A stretch of DNA of 63,437 nucleotides, counting the filler, from Octopus bimaculoides (lineage: Eukaryota), in the NCBI RefSeq assembly GCF_001194135.2. It is 4 parts of 4 records of this genome, joined end to end, with 100 filler letters (N's around TTAATTAATTAA, not from the genome) between each part and the next. Parts side by side here need not be neighbours in the genome. Positions count along the whole stretch, not along the records: positions 11,459 to 33,731 come from NC_068996.1; positions 33,832 to 61,255 come from NC_068994.1; 2 more parts are not named here. The stretch is one strand, 5' to 3'. This document shows, in pieces, positions 25,531 through 38,856 of the stretch (the stretch's first letter is position 1; each line of letters begins with the position of its first letter). A model generated the notes under the pieces. It ran no database searches and was not told the origin of the DNA. It saw only the letters and a list, made by a program, of their open reading frames with translations. The translations under genes and the position numbers were made by a program.

Positions 25531-26944
25531 AAAAAAACGCAGTGTTTATGGGATGACCCAATATGCATATATAAATGTCCGTCTGTCCTTCCATCCGTCC
25601 ATATGCTTGAACATAGTAATTATACATAACTCAATATACATATGCTTCAGAACAGAGTGTTAGGTTAGCATGATATGAATTAACTGAATGACAAGGGAAC
25701 AGAAATTACATAATCAGTTTCATTATCTTACAGCTGTTTCTGCTATAAGATGCAGTACACTCAGAGCTGAGTGCTTGTGCATCATCTTACAGCTTCCTAG
25801 GAGTTTTTAAAATGGAATGTATGCTTATTTTGGAAAGCGTTTAAATACATAGAAAAGGTTTGAAACAATAAATATTTGGAACGATACATATTTGGAACAA
25901 TAAATATACAATAAATATACCTTTGAAACAATAAATATACAGAAATCTGTACACGTTCTCATATATTTTCAATTCCATTATAGCTTTCAGATTTACATTT
26001 TTGACTCTTGCTGTCATATTTCTGGTTTGCTTTTAATAGTATTTCATTCCCCTAGCAAGTAACAATTCCTTGTTTTACCCCGGATATAAAAGTTTTGCTC
26101 TGCTAATGTCTGTCCATGTTATATAAGAAACAAAAATAAACTTATTTAATGAAATATTTCTTTTCATTTCACTTCGATAGAAAACTAAATTTTTATTAAG
26201 AAAATATAATAAGTTCACTTTCCCTGTAGGCACTAAATCTAATTTGTTATAGAGCTGAAATATCAAGGTTGATATTAATTTGTGACTCCTTAATGCAATA
26301 GTATTGTTTGGCTTCTATTTCTAACAAGTTCAGTGTGTATGTAGACTCACCACCTTCATTCTTATGTATGCTTGCATGCATATGAATGGATTACTCATAA
26401 TAATCAAAAGAAGTTGTTTAATTAGTAACATAGAAAATGGTAATAAAAGGAAATATGTTTGAAAAGAAACTCAATGCTCCAGTCAGTAATTTCTGTTTCC
26501 TATCAATTAGTTTTTAAAAATAAAACAATAATCAGTTCTTTTTCTTTGAAATTATATTTCTCTTGTCTCTCAGAAATTAAGGCTTATAGGATTTACAACC
26601 ACAATTGTTTCTTTGCCCATATAATACTTCATTGTCTGAAATGTAAATATATTTTTACATATACTGAAAACATGTATACATAGATACATACATATGCATA
26701 GGTACATATAAAAGTGGTGACTTTAGATGACTGCTGAACCACTTAAAAACACAAGTCTTTCTTTCAATTTACATTTGTTAATGCAAAATATAACTGAAAA
26801 AAGAAACTTCAAATGAATAGAAAATGTATTTCAGTTGAGAGAGTGCTTTACAAAACCGTTGCTTCTTTTAAATTTAAAAAACAAATTTTTCTTTTTACAC
26901 ATTCTCATTTTCTGAAATGGCAAGATTTCAGAAGAAGAAATATA

Positions 26945-27838
26945 CAAGGGGGTACCCAAAAGTAACCAGAAACGTTCTCTGTGAAACAAGCTTGTTGTAG
27001 CTTCCACCACTAGAAACCACTTGATGTGACCCTCAGGCATCAGTCTGCTGACTGGTGGTGATTTCAGTGATACTGCCATGTGGTGTGTCTTTGTTTTGCA
27101 GTGCTTCTCCCCTGTTAGCTGATTTTTGTGATGGCTGAAATGAAGAAACTGCATGCTTCCATGAAATTCTGTTTTCTGCTGGGGAAAACAGCAGCCAAAA
27201 CAGTTGTAATGCTTCAAACAGCTTATAAGGACTCTACTATGTGCAAAACACAAGTTTATGAGTGGTTTTTACTTTAGGAGTGGTCACTCATCACTTAAGA
27301 ACCAACCTTGTTCAGGGTGGCTGTCAATATCCCAAACAAATGAAAATATCATGAAAATTCATGAACTAATTTTGGAGGAATGTTGCCGAACAACTGACGA
27401 ACTTGTTAATATGACTGGTGTGTCCTGAAGCTCCTGCCAACAAACTTTTAGCAAAGATTGCAAATGAAAAGAGTTGCAGCAAAATTTGTGCCTTGCTTGC
27501 TCATGAAAGATCAAAAGCAGTCATGACTGAATGTGTGTTGTGAACTGAAAGAACAGTTGGAAGTTGACCCAAGCCTATTTTCAAGGTCATCATTGGTGAC
27601 GAAAGCTGGTGGTTCAGAATTTGCAGATGTGGAAGAGGTGAAGAAAAAAAATGACAGGTGTTAAAAGACATCACTTCACAAGAGTTCCAGCACTGCTTTG
27701 AATAGTGGAAAACATGTCTGGACTGATGCATTGCATCATATGGAGAATATTTGGAAGGTGATAAAAGTATAAACATGCATAAACATGTAAAGTGAATAAA
27801 ATATTGCAAAATTCCAGTTTCTTTTGGGTATTCCCTTG
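26945..27838 (+). mobile_element. Internally deleted mariner (irritans-like) with both TIRs
   Basis: TA|CAAGGGGGTACCCAAAAG ... CTTTTGGGTATTCCCTTG|TA. Translation MKFCFLLGKTAAKT..QVYEWF..MKRVAAKFVP. Confidence 0.9.
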
Positions 27839-28349
27839 TATATTTTTATTTTCTGAAAATGTTAAATATTTTCATTTGCTTCATTTCCTTTAAGGATATA
27901 AATGTTAAAAATGTTTAAGGATAAAAATGCATATAAAATAATTATCAACTTTGATTAATAAACAAAAATGTATTGCTGTTTTATTTATCAAATGCCCCCC
28001 GCAAAAATCTTTTGCACTTTCTCCAAGGTTAAAATAAAATTTGCTCCATGACAGAGAATAGAGTTATATCAGATCCAGACAAAAGATGTTTCAAGAACAG
28101 CACCATCTCAGATATATCTTACTCACTATTTAGGAAAGATTACAAAGAAAGCGTGATGAAAGAATGAGGCAGGCTTCCACAAAGTAACAGGAAAACACAG
28201 ACAAAAGTGAACAGAGATGCGAAAGTGACAGAATAAGACACTTTTTTGTGAGGCAAAGATCTAAATCTGTTTCAAACAAACTGAATCAAATTTTCAAAAC
28301 ACTTTCCTTACATCAAACAATTATCAGTTTTATAGAAGATTAAAGTGAA

Positions 28350-28811
28350 TAAATAATGCAGTTTTTTCAATTGCATGAACTAAAAGTCAGAAGGGGACAG
28401 AATAAACTACCCACATCAACTTGCTATAAAAGCAGGTAGTAAGTTTACCTTGTCCTTATTTTTAGTGCAAGTTTTGAATAGCACAGTTTGATTTTAACAG
28501 TTATTTTTTCAAAATTATAATGGAAGTGACAAAGGAGCATATTCAGCATAATGGAAGTGACAAAGGAGCATATTCAGCATATTCCGCTTTATGAGTTAAA
28601 TAAAAGCAACAACATAACAGAAAGTGCAAGGAATATTAATGCAGTAATTGGGGATTGGACAATAAGTGTAAGCCAGTGTCAACGGTGGTTCCAGAAATTC
28701 CAAGCTGGAAACTACAGCCCAGAAGATGAGCTTCATTCTGGAAGATCTCAAGAGCTAAATGAGGATGTCCTGCAAACCCTGGTGGAACAAAATCCCATTG
28801 TAACTGTTGAG
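28350..28811 (+). mobile_element. mariner 5' fragment, same family as 25020-25530, opposite orientation
   Basis: MEVTKEHIQHIPLYEL..QRWFQKFQAGNYSPEDE. The start region is tandemly duplicated (31-bp unit, 28519-28580). Confidence 0.9.
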
Positions 28812-28814
28812 TAT

Positions 28815-31275
28815 CTAAAGGTGACGCTTTAAATACAAATAATTACAGAGGTATCAAGTTGTTAGATCAGGTAATGAAAGTCATGGAGAGGGTCATAGCC
28901 CAACTAATTAGGGAGCGAGTCAGTCTACATGAGATGCAGTTTGGGTTCGTGCCAGGGAAAAGCACCACTGATGCTATATTTCTGGTAAGACAGCTGCAGG
29001 AGAAATACCTAGCCAAGGATAAACCTCTGTACCAGGCTTTCGTTGACATGGAGAAAGCCTTTGACAGGGTCTCCCGATCCCTTATCTGGTGGTCAATGAG
29101 GAAACTTGGGATAGAAGAATGGTAAGTGAGAGCTGTGTGAGCCATGTACAGAAATGCTGTCAGTAAGGTGAGGGTTGGCATTGAGTACAGTGAAGAATTC
29201 CGGGTAGAGGTAGGGGTCCTCAGCCCCCTCCTATTTATCATAGTCCTCCAGGCGATAACAGAGGAATTCAAGACTGGGAGCTCCTCTATGCTGATGACCT
29301 TGCACTAATTGGTGAGTCACTATCAGAACTAGAAGGGAAGTTTCAGGTGTGGATGCAAGGACTAGAATCGAAGGGTCTTAGAGTCAACCTAGCCAAAACC
29401 AAAGTCCTTTTAGTAGAAAGTGGGTTATACATCTTTAGACGTATACCTGACTTTCCTACTATAAACTTAGAATATATCGGAACGCTGAACTCCAGACTAT
29501 CAACTTAAACAGCATTTATTCAGGTGGTAAATATATACATCTTTAGTTCTTGTTGTTACAGCTTCTGTTGTTGGGACGTTGTTATGTAGGTGTGAGCGAG
29601 CTGTCGAGCGTAAGTCCGAAAGATGTAGAGAGACAGCTTAACACGTAAAGAGGCTGTCTCCAGAGTTCGAATGTTAGAGACACTCTTGACACGTCCATTG
29701 CTCTATGCTGGCCAGCAAGAAAGAGAATGAATTGAGCGGGAACGCTTGGTTGTTTAATTCTACGCATGCGTGAGACTACGCATGCGCACGGCGTTACTAC
29801 AGTCCTAATAAGTAGGAAGGTAGACAAAACACAAACCCCTTCAGGTAGANNNNNNNNNNNNNNNNNNNNNNNNNNNNNNNNNNNNNNNNNNNNNNNNNNN
29901 NNNNNNNNNNNNNNNNNNNNNNNNNNNNNNNNNNNNNNNNNNNNNNNNNNNNNNNNNNNNNNNNNNNNNNNNNNNNNNNNNNNNNNNNNNNNNNNNNNNN
30001 NNNNNNNNNNNNNNNNNNNNNNNNNNNNNNNNNNNNNNNNNNNNNNNNNNNNNNNNNNNNNNNNNNNNNNNNNNNNNNNNNNNNNNNNNNNNNNNNNNNN
30101 NNNNNNNNNNNNNNNNNNNNNNNNNNNNNNNNNNNNNNNNNNNNNNNNNNNNNNNNNNNNNNNNNNNNNNNNNNNNNNNNNNNNNNNNNNNNNNNNNNNN
30201 NNNNNNNNNNNNNNNNNNNNNNNNNNNNNNNNNNNNNNNNNNNNNNNNNNNNNNNNNNNNNNNNNNNNNNNNNNNNNNNNNNNNNNNNNNNNNNNNNNNN
30301 NNNNNNNNNNNNNNNNNNNNNNNNNNNNNNNNNNNNNNNNNNNNNNNNNNNNNNNNNNNNNNNNNNNNNNNNNNNNNNNNNNNNNNNNNNNNNNNNNNNN
30401 NNNNNNNNNNNNNNNNNNNNNNNNNNNNNNNNNNNNNNNNNNNNNNNNNNNNNNNNNNNNNNNNNNNNNNNNNNNNNNNNNNNNNNNNNNNNNNNNNNNN
30501 NNNNNNNNNNNNNNNNNNNNNNNNNNNNNNNAGGCCCAGGAAGACCTGGGAGGAGGTGGTGAAGCACGACCTCCGAACATTAGGCCTCACCAAGGCAATG
30601 ACTTCTGACCAAGACCTTTGGAAATATGCTGTGCATGAGAAGACCTGGCAAGCCAAGTGAGACCAAGATCCAAGGCCTCTGCCAGGGATGTAGCCAGCCC
30701 ACTTATGCATAGCTTTCCTCCATTGAACACTAAACTCCGCTTGCAAAGACCTGTTGAGGCAAGTGAAATTGAAATCGAACTAAATTCTATGACTGGCACC
30801 CATGCCAACGTCTCCTCCATAGGACACTAAATTCTGTTTGCGAAGCCCTGATGGGGCAAGCAAAAGCGAAATTGTGATGGCACCACCGTTCGAGCGTGAT
30901 CGTTAACAACGTCGCCTTTCTGGCACTTGTGTCGCAGCTTCGTGTTCCTGGCACTTTTGCCCGTGGCACGTGAAAAGTCATTCGAACAAGATCGTTGCCA
31001 GTGTCGCTGGACTGGCTCCTGTGCAGGTGGCACATAAAATTCACCATTCTGAGCATGGCCATTGCCAGTAGCGCCTGGCTGGCCTTCGTGCCGGTGGCAT
31101 GTAAAAGCACCCACTACACTCTTGGAGTGGTTGGCGTTAGGAAGGACATTCAGCTGTAGAAACTCTGCCAAATCAGATTGGAGCCTAGTGTAGCCATCTG
31201 GATCACCAGTCCTCAGTCAAATCATCCAACCCATGCTAGCATGGAAAGCGGATGTTAAACGATGATGATGATGAT
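28815..31275 (+). mobile_element. 5'-truncated RTE-clade LINE, interrupted by a solo LTR and an assembly gap
   Basis: LDQVMKVMERVIA..QFGFVPGKSTTDAIF..FVDMEKAFDRV, YADDL, a 3' UTR and a (GAT)n tail at about 31260. Confidence 0.9.
29409..29801 (-). mobile_element. Solo LTR, 393 bp
   Basis: Termini T(T)TAGTA...TACTACA and a 5-bp TSD GTCCT (29404-29408 and 29802-29806). The RTE frame KTKV|LISRK rejoins when it is removed. AATAAA on the minus strand near 29515-29520. Confidence 0.85.
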
Positions 31276-31284
31276 ATATGTAAT

Positions 31285-31315
<31 letters not shown>

Positions 31316-31316
<1 letters not shown>

Positions 31317-33696
31317 GTCAGAAGGGAGGCTAGCAGGCAATATAGCCAAGGGAGAAGCAGAAAAGAAGAAGTTTGCCAATGTTCAGTGATGTGAGGACCA
31401 AAGAACTGAAGTATTTTGGATTGCAAAACAGTGTGTGAGAGAGAATTGTGATGTCATAGGAGAGAAGTGTGTCTGCATGAATGATGGTGCACTTGCATTT
31501 AATGATTCTGCAAAGAGGCCTGGAGATGCCATTATGAAAAACTGCTGAATGTGGAGAATGAATGGGAGGAAGAGAGCCTGTCAAATGTTGACCCAGTTAA
31601 GGGACCAGCTACTCAAATTGATAGCACCTTGGTAGATAAAGCAATTAAGGATATGAAGACAGAGAAAGTTTCTGGCCTATCAGAATCACTGCTGAGATGC
31701 TTAAAATATCTGGTGGTGTGGGTTATAGTCTAGTCACCCATATAGTCAACTAGGCAATACATGAAGGAGTATACCCAATGACTGGTGTAGCAGCACCATA
31801 GTCAACTGCTACTGATGCTTTAGATAGACATAACTTCAGGAGTATCAAATTTCTGGAGCAGGTGATGAAGGTCATGGAGAGGGTCATAGCCCAACTAATT
31901 AGGGACAGAGTCCACTTAGATGAGATGCAGTTTGGTTTTGTGCCAGGCAGAAGCACCACTGATGCTGTATTTCTGGTACGGCAACTGCAGGAAATATACC
32001 TAGCCAAAGATAAACCTCTGTACTTGGCTTTTGTTGACTTGGAGAAAGCCTTTGGCAGGGTCACACGACCCCTTATCTGGTGGGAATAGACAAGTGGTTA
32101 ACAAGAGCTGTACAGAGATGATGTCAGTAAGGTGAGGGTCAGCAATGTGTATAGTGAAGAATTCTGGGTAGAGGTAGGGGTCCACCAAGGATCAGTCCTC
32201 AGCCCCTTTTATTCATCACAGTTCTCCGGGCAATAACAGAGGAATTCAAGACAGGATGCCCCTGGGAGTTCCTCTATGCTGATGACCTTGCTCACATACC
32301 TAAATCACTCCCAGAACTGGAAAAGAAATTTCAGGTGTGGAAGCAAGGTCTAGAATGAAAGGGCCTTAGAGACACTGTAGCAAAAACCAAAGTCCCAGTA
32401 AGTTGGAAGGCGGACAAATCGCAAACCCCTTCAGGTAGATGACCCCACTCAATCTGTAGGAAAGGTGTAGGTAGAAACTCCATACGATGTACCCAATGTA
32501 AGCTATGGACACATAAGAGGTGCAGCAATATCAAAGGAAGATTAATCAGGATGATAGTTTTTGTGTGCGGAAGATGCACACGTACAATAAACACTGAAGA
32601 TGTTCAGAAAACAGATTCCATCACATGCCAGGGGAAGAAGCTAGAAGTAGTTGATAGCTTCTGCTACCTAGGTGACCAAGTCTGTAGTGGGGGTGGATGC
32701 TCTGAGAGTGTTGCCACTACATTAAGAATAGCCTGGGCAAAGTTCAGAAAGCTCCTACCTCTACTGGTAAGAAAGTGCTCAGAGTGAAAGGTTGACTGTA
32801 AGACAGGTGTGTGAACAGCCATGCTACATGGCAGTGAAACTTGGGCCATGACTGTTGAGGACATACATAGGTTTGAAAGAAATGAAGCTAGTATGATACA
32901 CTGGATGTGTAATGTCAGTGTGCACACACAACAGTGTGTAAATGCCCTGAGAGAGATGTTGGACATAAGAAGCATCAGATGTAGTGTACAAGAGAAACAA
33001 CTGCACTGGTATAGTCATGTGCTGTGTATGGGTGAGGAGAGCTATATGAAGAAGTGTTACACCCTAACAGTGGAAGGAACCCATGGAAGAGGGAGACCCA
33101 AGAAGACATGGAATGAGGTGATGAAGAACAACCTTTGAATATTGAGCCTCATAGAAGTAAAGACAAGAGACTGAGAACTTTGGAGATATGCTGTGATTGA
33201 GAAAACCCAGCAAGTAAAGTGAGATTGCATCCATAGCCTATACCAGTGTTGCATAACCAGCCCATTTAAAAGAACCCATGAATCATCAGGCAATACACTG
33301 TACTTGAGAAGATGTATTGAGTCAAGTAAAATCAAAAATCAAAAACCAAAAATCAAAATCAAAAGCAAATTAAGATAGAAATCAAAATGGAAATTGTAGT
33401 TGTGGCTGATGCCAGTGTTGCCTGAATGGCACCCGTGCTGGTGGCATGTAATAAGCACCATTCAAGCGTGGGTAAATGCCAGTGGTGCCTGACTGGCTCC
33501 CCATGCCAGTGACACATTAAAAGCACCCGCTACACTCTCGGAGTGGTTGGCGTTAGGAAGGGCATCCAGCTGTAGAAACACTGCCAGATCAGATTGGAGC
33601 CTGGCACAGCCTATTTGCTTGCCAGTCTCCAGTCAAGCCGTTGAACCCATGCCAGCATGGGTTAAATGATGATGTTGAAGATGATGATGATGATGA

Positions 33697-33700
<4 letters not shown>
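31316..33700 (+). mobile_element. 5'-truncated, frameshifted RTE-clade LINE
   Basis: RT motifs (FGFVPGRSTTDAVF, FVDLEKAF, YADDL), LEVVDSFCYLGD, MLHGSETW, RGRPKKTW and a (GAT)n tail. Confidence 0.9.
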
Positions 33701-33731
<31 letters not shown>

Positions 33732-34198
33732 NNNNNNNNNNNNNNNNNNNNNNNNNNNNNNNNNNNNNNNNNNNNTTAATTAATTAANNNNNNNNNNNNN
33801 NNNNNNNNNNNNNNNNNNNNNNNNNNNNNNNTATACACACACACACACATATTCACATACATGCCATCATTATCATCATCATTGTTTTAATGATGATAAT
33901 GACAGTATCATACTGATACCAAAGATAAGTCACACCAACTCATCTAAATTAAACCCTTAAAAACCTGCCAATGATGATATTCTCAAGGCTGATGGAACCA
34001 TGCCAGCAAGGATCATTTAAAATTCATTGAGGTAGATTTTCTATCCTCATCTGTTTCCAAATAAGGTAATAATATTTTTATGGAAAACTGGAAAAAAAAA
34101 AAGCACTGCTTGTATGATCATCAGGCTCCGTTTCAACTATTATGTAATGTTAAGATAAGGAAGTACAAACATGTGCATGTACACACACAATCTCATGT

Positions 34199-34235
<37 letters not shown>

Positions 34236-34419
34236 TTTATTCAAGGGTTTGTTTCAGTTTCTGTCTGCTAAATCCACTTTCAAGTCTTAGCACTAACTGG
34301 AGCTATAAGATACCAGTTCAAGGTGTCACATAGTGGGATTGAATCCAAAACATGTCTTTGGAGGAGGAGTAAACTCCTCCATCAAACAGCCACCCTATGT
34401 TCAAATGCATACCTGCAAA

Positions 34420-34757
34420 GGATGCCTTCCTGGCACTTGTGCCAGTGGCACATGAAAAGATATTCGAGCGAGTACATTGCTAGTCCCGCTGGACTGGCTC
34501 CTGTGCAGGTGGCACGTAAAATACACCATTTCGAGCGTGGGTGTTGCCAGTACCTCCTGACTGGCCTTCGTGCCGGTGGCACGTAAAAGCACCCACTACA
34601 CTCTCGGAGTGGTTGGCGTTAGGAAGGGCATCCAGCTGTAGAAACTCTGCCAAATCAGATTGGAGCCTGGTGTAGCCATCTGGTTCACCAGTCCTCAGTC
34701 AAATCGTCCAACCCATGCTAGCATGGAAAGCAGACGTATGATGATGATGATGATGAC
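34420..34757 (+). mobile_element. RTE LINE 3' UTR fragment
   Basis: Closely similar to 21200-21606 with a (GAT)n tail. Confidence 0.85.
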
Positions 34758-34759
34758 AA

Positions 34760-35365
34760 GTTTTAAAGATGATCCAAGGTTTGGACATCTTGCAACTGCC
34801 ACCACATGCTAATGGATGACAGGCGACTGACTATAAATCAAGTGACCAATGCTATTAGCATATCCTGTGAGAGAATTCAGAATATTCTGCACAATGATCT
34901 TGGTACAATGAAGGTTTCTGATCAGGTGTCAGAACACACCTGATCAAAAGCGCACCAAACTGATCACATCATGGGAAAATTTGACATTATTTGAGGTAGA
35001 TCCAACTCCGTTCGTTGAATATTTCCTAAGCCAGGATGAGCGTTGGCTTCATCACTTTGAGCCAAAGACAAAGAGCTAACCCTTGCAGTAGAAACACCTC
35101 TCCTCACCTGTCGCAAAAAAGGCCACAGTCATTTCATCCGCAGGGAAGGTGATGGCCTCAATTTTTGGGATGCAAAAAACACTGTGTTTATTGACCATCT
35201 TCAAAAGGGTCCCATCATCAATAGTACTTTCTAGTACTCTCTAGTACTATGTGTATGTCAATGCGATGACGCAGTTAAAAAAGGCTATCAAGACCAAAAT
35301 GCCCAGGAAAACTGATGAATGGAGTCTTGTTTTATGAGGACAATGCTCCAGCTCTCAAGTCCTGT
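34760..35365 (+). mobile_element. mariner transposase remnant (catalytic region)
   Basis: QDERWLHHFEP..SSAGKVMASIFWDA..GVLFYEDNAPAL. Confidence 0.85.
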
Positions 35366-36399
35366 TTCAATAGCTGCTGTGAAAGGATGAAAGGTGAAGC
35401 TGACCCCAGTGAAATTTTAGTTGAGAAAGTTGTATCTAAATACTGCAAGGCATTTTATCTGATCCACTACAAGGCTCAGTCCTTGTTGCAGTGTAGTGGT
35501 TTGTTTGCCTCAATGACTGAGAGCTATGCCAGTGGAGCACAAGCTCCTAGGTAGGGCCTTCCATACTGGGCAGGTCAAAGAACAGAGGCAAATTAATATG
35601 GACTGCTTCTCCCTAGAAGTAAAAATGGATCTGTATAGGACCAAAACCCTTACCTAGAAAACAGCAAAATTACAGAAGTATCAATGATAATTCAAAACCT
35701 ATAAAACCTGAGAGAGAAAGGTCTTTCCTCAGTAAAATCCAAAACAAGGGTCCAACTGGAGAGTAGAAAAGACAGCCCAAAGTCAGGAAAAGTTCCATAG
35801 GAATCAAAGGGCTTATACAAGTATTTTATCTGATACATTAATAATTCTGATAATCCACTATCCAAGGCACAAAACCTGAAATTTTAGGATAGTTCTAAGG
35901 CTTGTGTCTAAATCCCATATTAGAAACAGTTATAAGGTGGTGAGCTAGTGGAATTGTTAGCACACTGGGCAAAATGTTTAGTAGCATTTTGAACTTCTTT
36001 AAGTGAACACTGGGGTCAATGTAATTGACTTACTACCTCCTCTGAACTTGCTGGTTGAAATTTGTGCCAAAATTTGAAACCAATATATTAGAAACAGCTA
36101 TTAATACAGTGTCAGTAAGAAATATATATACACACTTCAAGAAAGGAAAAAATCTATATAAAAATTTAACTTGTATAAGTACCTCTATAAATATTCTTTC
36201 AATGTGTTATCAAATTGCTATAACACTGAATAAATTACAATAACACTGAATTAAAATATTTATACAGATTTTTCCTTTCCTGAAGTGTATATACATTATT
36301 TTGGCAGACTCTGTAGATGGTGGATCGGCAAAATTATTAGAACATTGGGTAAAATAACTACTGATATTGCTTCTCACTCTTTTACATTCTAAGTTCAAA

Positions 36400-37005
36400 T
36401 TATGGCATGGTCAACTTTGCTTTGCATCATTCTGGGATTGATAAAATAAAATACTAGTCAAATACTGGGACCAATGGCATCAACTAATCTTCTCCCTTCA
36501 AAAATATCGGTCTTGTGCCAATATAAAAAAATACCATTAATGGCAAGCTGGAAGACTCATTAGCATAGCGGCATTTCTTCTGGTTTTACATTATGAGTTC
36601 AAATAATGCTGAGGCTGATTTTACCTTTCATTACCTTTCGGGTTGTCTGTAAAATAAGTACCAATTGAGCACTGGGATTGATGTAATCAACTAGCCCCCT
36701 TCCAACAAGATTTTAGGCCGTGTGCTGACAGTAGAAAACATTATTATTATTGCTGATACTTATTTCTTTATTGCCCACAAGGGGCTAAACATAGAGGGGA
36801 TAAACAAGGACAGACAAAGGGATTAAGTCGATTACATCGACCCCAGTGCGTAACTGGTACTTAATTTATCAACCCCGAAAGGATGAAAGGCAAAGTCGAC
36901 CTCGGCGGAATTTGAACTCAGAATGTAGCGGCAGACGAAATACCGCTAAGCATTTCAGCCGGCGTGCTAACGTTTCTGCCAACTCGCTTCCTTATTACTA
37001 ATACT
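36400..37005. mobile_element. Cluster of tRNA-derived SINEs with a Meta-like central domain, in both orientations
   Basis: Shared gcctttcatcctttcggggt(c/t)gataaattaagtaccag domain, plus copy at about 36540-36750 and minus copy at about 36760-37000. Further copies at about 300-470, 37820-38020 and 39060-39420. The domain name is from recollection. Confidence 0.7.
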
Positions 37006-37210
37006 ACTGCTAGTAAAAAGAAGGTAAAGACCTCCTTTGGTCATGAATGACCATGGGATTGCAAGCCTGGGCAAGGTTGCTTATGGAAGACCAGCAGTTG
37101 CCCATGCATATCAGTCTCCCCTCTCCATGCCACCACTGTTATTCAAGGGAAAGGCAAAGGCTGATACAGCTTGGCACCAGTGACATTGCAACTCATTTCT
37201 ACTAGTAGTA

Positions 37211-37246
<36 letters not shown>

Positions 37247-38346
37247 GTAGTAACAATAACCATCACCATTACCATCATTACTGACTAGAAGGTTTGCAAT
37301 ATTCCTGACTAGAAGGTTTGCAATATACACTTCTAATTTTTGTTTCCCAAAATTAAGCTAGAGTGAATTAGCCTTGTTAGCAGGTTTGTTTTTACATTGA
37401 TGATGAGATTAGACTTAATAATTATTTAATAAACTTTGCATTAATTCTATCAATGTGTTGGCTGTCAAATGGAGTCCTGAAATATCTTCCAGTGTAAAAC
37501 AGTGTAAAATAATAAATAAGAGGACAAACAAATTCAATAGTGTTCTCAAAATAACAAGCAAGTCACATGCCAATAACGAGAGTACAATCAAGTAGCAATT
37601 AAATTATTTACTGTTAGGAAAAAAAAAAAAATCTTAATTTCCTTGGATTTCTAATTTCAACAAGTGTCACCCTGTTTTACTATCAGAAGTATCAGTGTTG
37701 AATATCATAAAAATAATAACGAAGATGAATATGGTAACAACAATGATGATGATGATAATAATAATAATAATGATGATGATGATGATAATAATAATAATAA
37801 TGATGATGATGATGATGATTTCAAATTTTGGCACAAGGCCAGCAATATCAAGGGAGGGAGTAAGTTGGTTACATTGATCCCAGTACTAAACTGGTACTTG
37901 TTTATGGACCATGAAAAGATGAAAAGCGAAGTTGACCTTGGTGAAATTTGAACTTAGAACATAAAGACTGACGAAATGCCACTAAGCATTTTGCCCAACA
38001 TACTTACGATTCTACCAGCTTGTCACCTAATAATAATAATAATGATAATAATGACATTATTATTTCTATTCCACCTCTCAAATACTTTCGCCACTGCTTA
38101 GACAAGGCAGACGTTTTCTTATTTTGTTGTTCTCATAAGTTACTTGGCACAGGAAAAACATGCAGTACACACTGTAAAGTGGTTGGCATTAATAAGGGCA
38201 TTCAATTGTAGAAACCATGCCAAAGCTGATACTGGAGCTCAATGGAGCTCATGAGATCCTGTCAAACTGTCCAATCTATGCCGGCATGGGAAATGGACAA
38301 TAATAATAATAACAATAATAATAATAACAATAATAATAATATTAAT

Positions 38347-38856
38347 AAAAAATCATGCCTCCTCATTGATATGACTGTCCCAATCGATATAAACGTATCT
38401 GTCAAGACCTACCAAAAACTGAGCAAATATAAAGATCTTGAAATAGAAATTAGCAAAATGTGGAATCTGAAGACGAAAACAATACCTATTGTCATAGATG
38501 CCCTGGGAATGACAGCGAAACGGGCTGATTACTACCTAGATTAGATTCCAGGAAACCCCAAAATGGCTGAAGTTCAAAAGATAGTGCTCATGGGAACTGC
38601 CCATATCCTACGTAAAATACTGTCTATGTGATCTCAAATTTTAAAGCANNNNNNNNNNNNNNNNNCAAACACATAATTTTCTTATGGTTTCTTAAACATT
38701 CACTTGAACAAAACTGTACAAATCCAAATATATGGTACCCTAGGCATAACACCTACATGAACTTCTAACTTGTTGTCTCTTGAGGTCTCTGGGTGAGACT
38801 TGGATCCAACTTGTACAAATGCAAAACAAAAGTCAAACATAAAATATTAATAATAT
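38347..38856 (+). mobile_element. 5'-truncated R4/Dong-like RLE non-LTR retrotransposon
   Basis: CLLIDMTVPID..QKLSKYKDLEIEISKMW..IPIVIDALG..VQKIVLMGTAHILRKIL* is an RLE C-terminus with one internal TAG. It directly follows an (AAT)n run. Confidence 0.8.

Noticed and set aside
37664-37951. Poly-Asn/Asp ORF
   Set aside because: It is a mixed (AAT)/(GAT) triplet repeat running into a reverse SINE.
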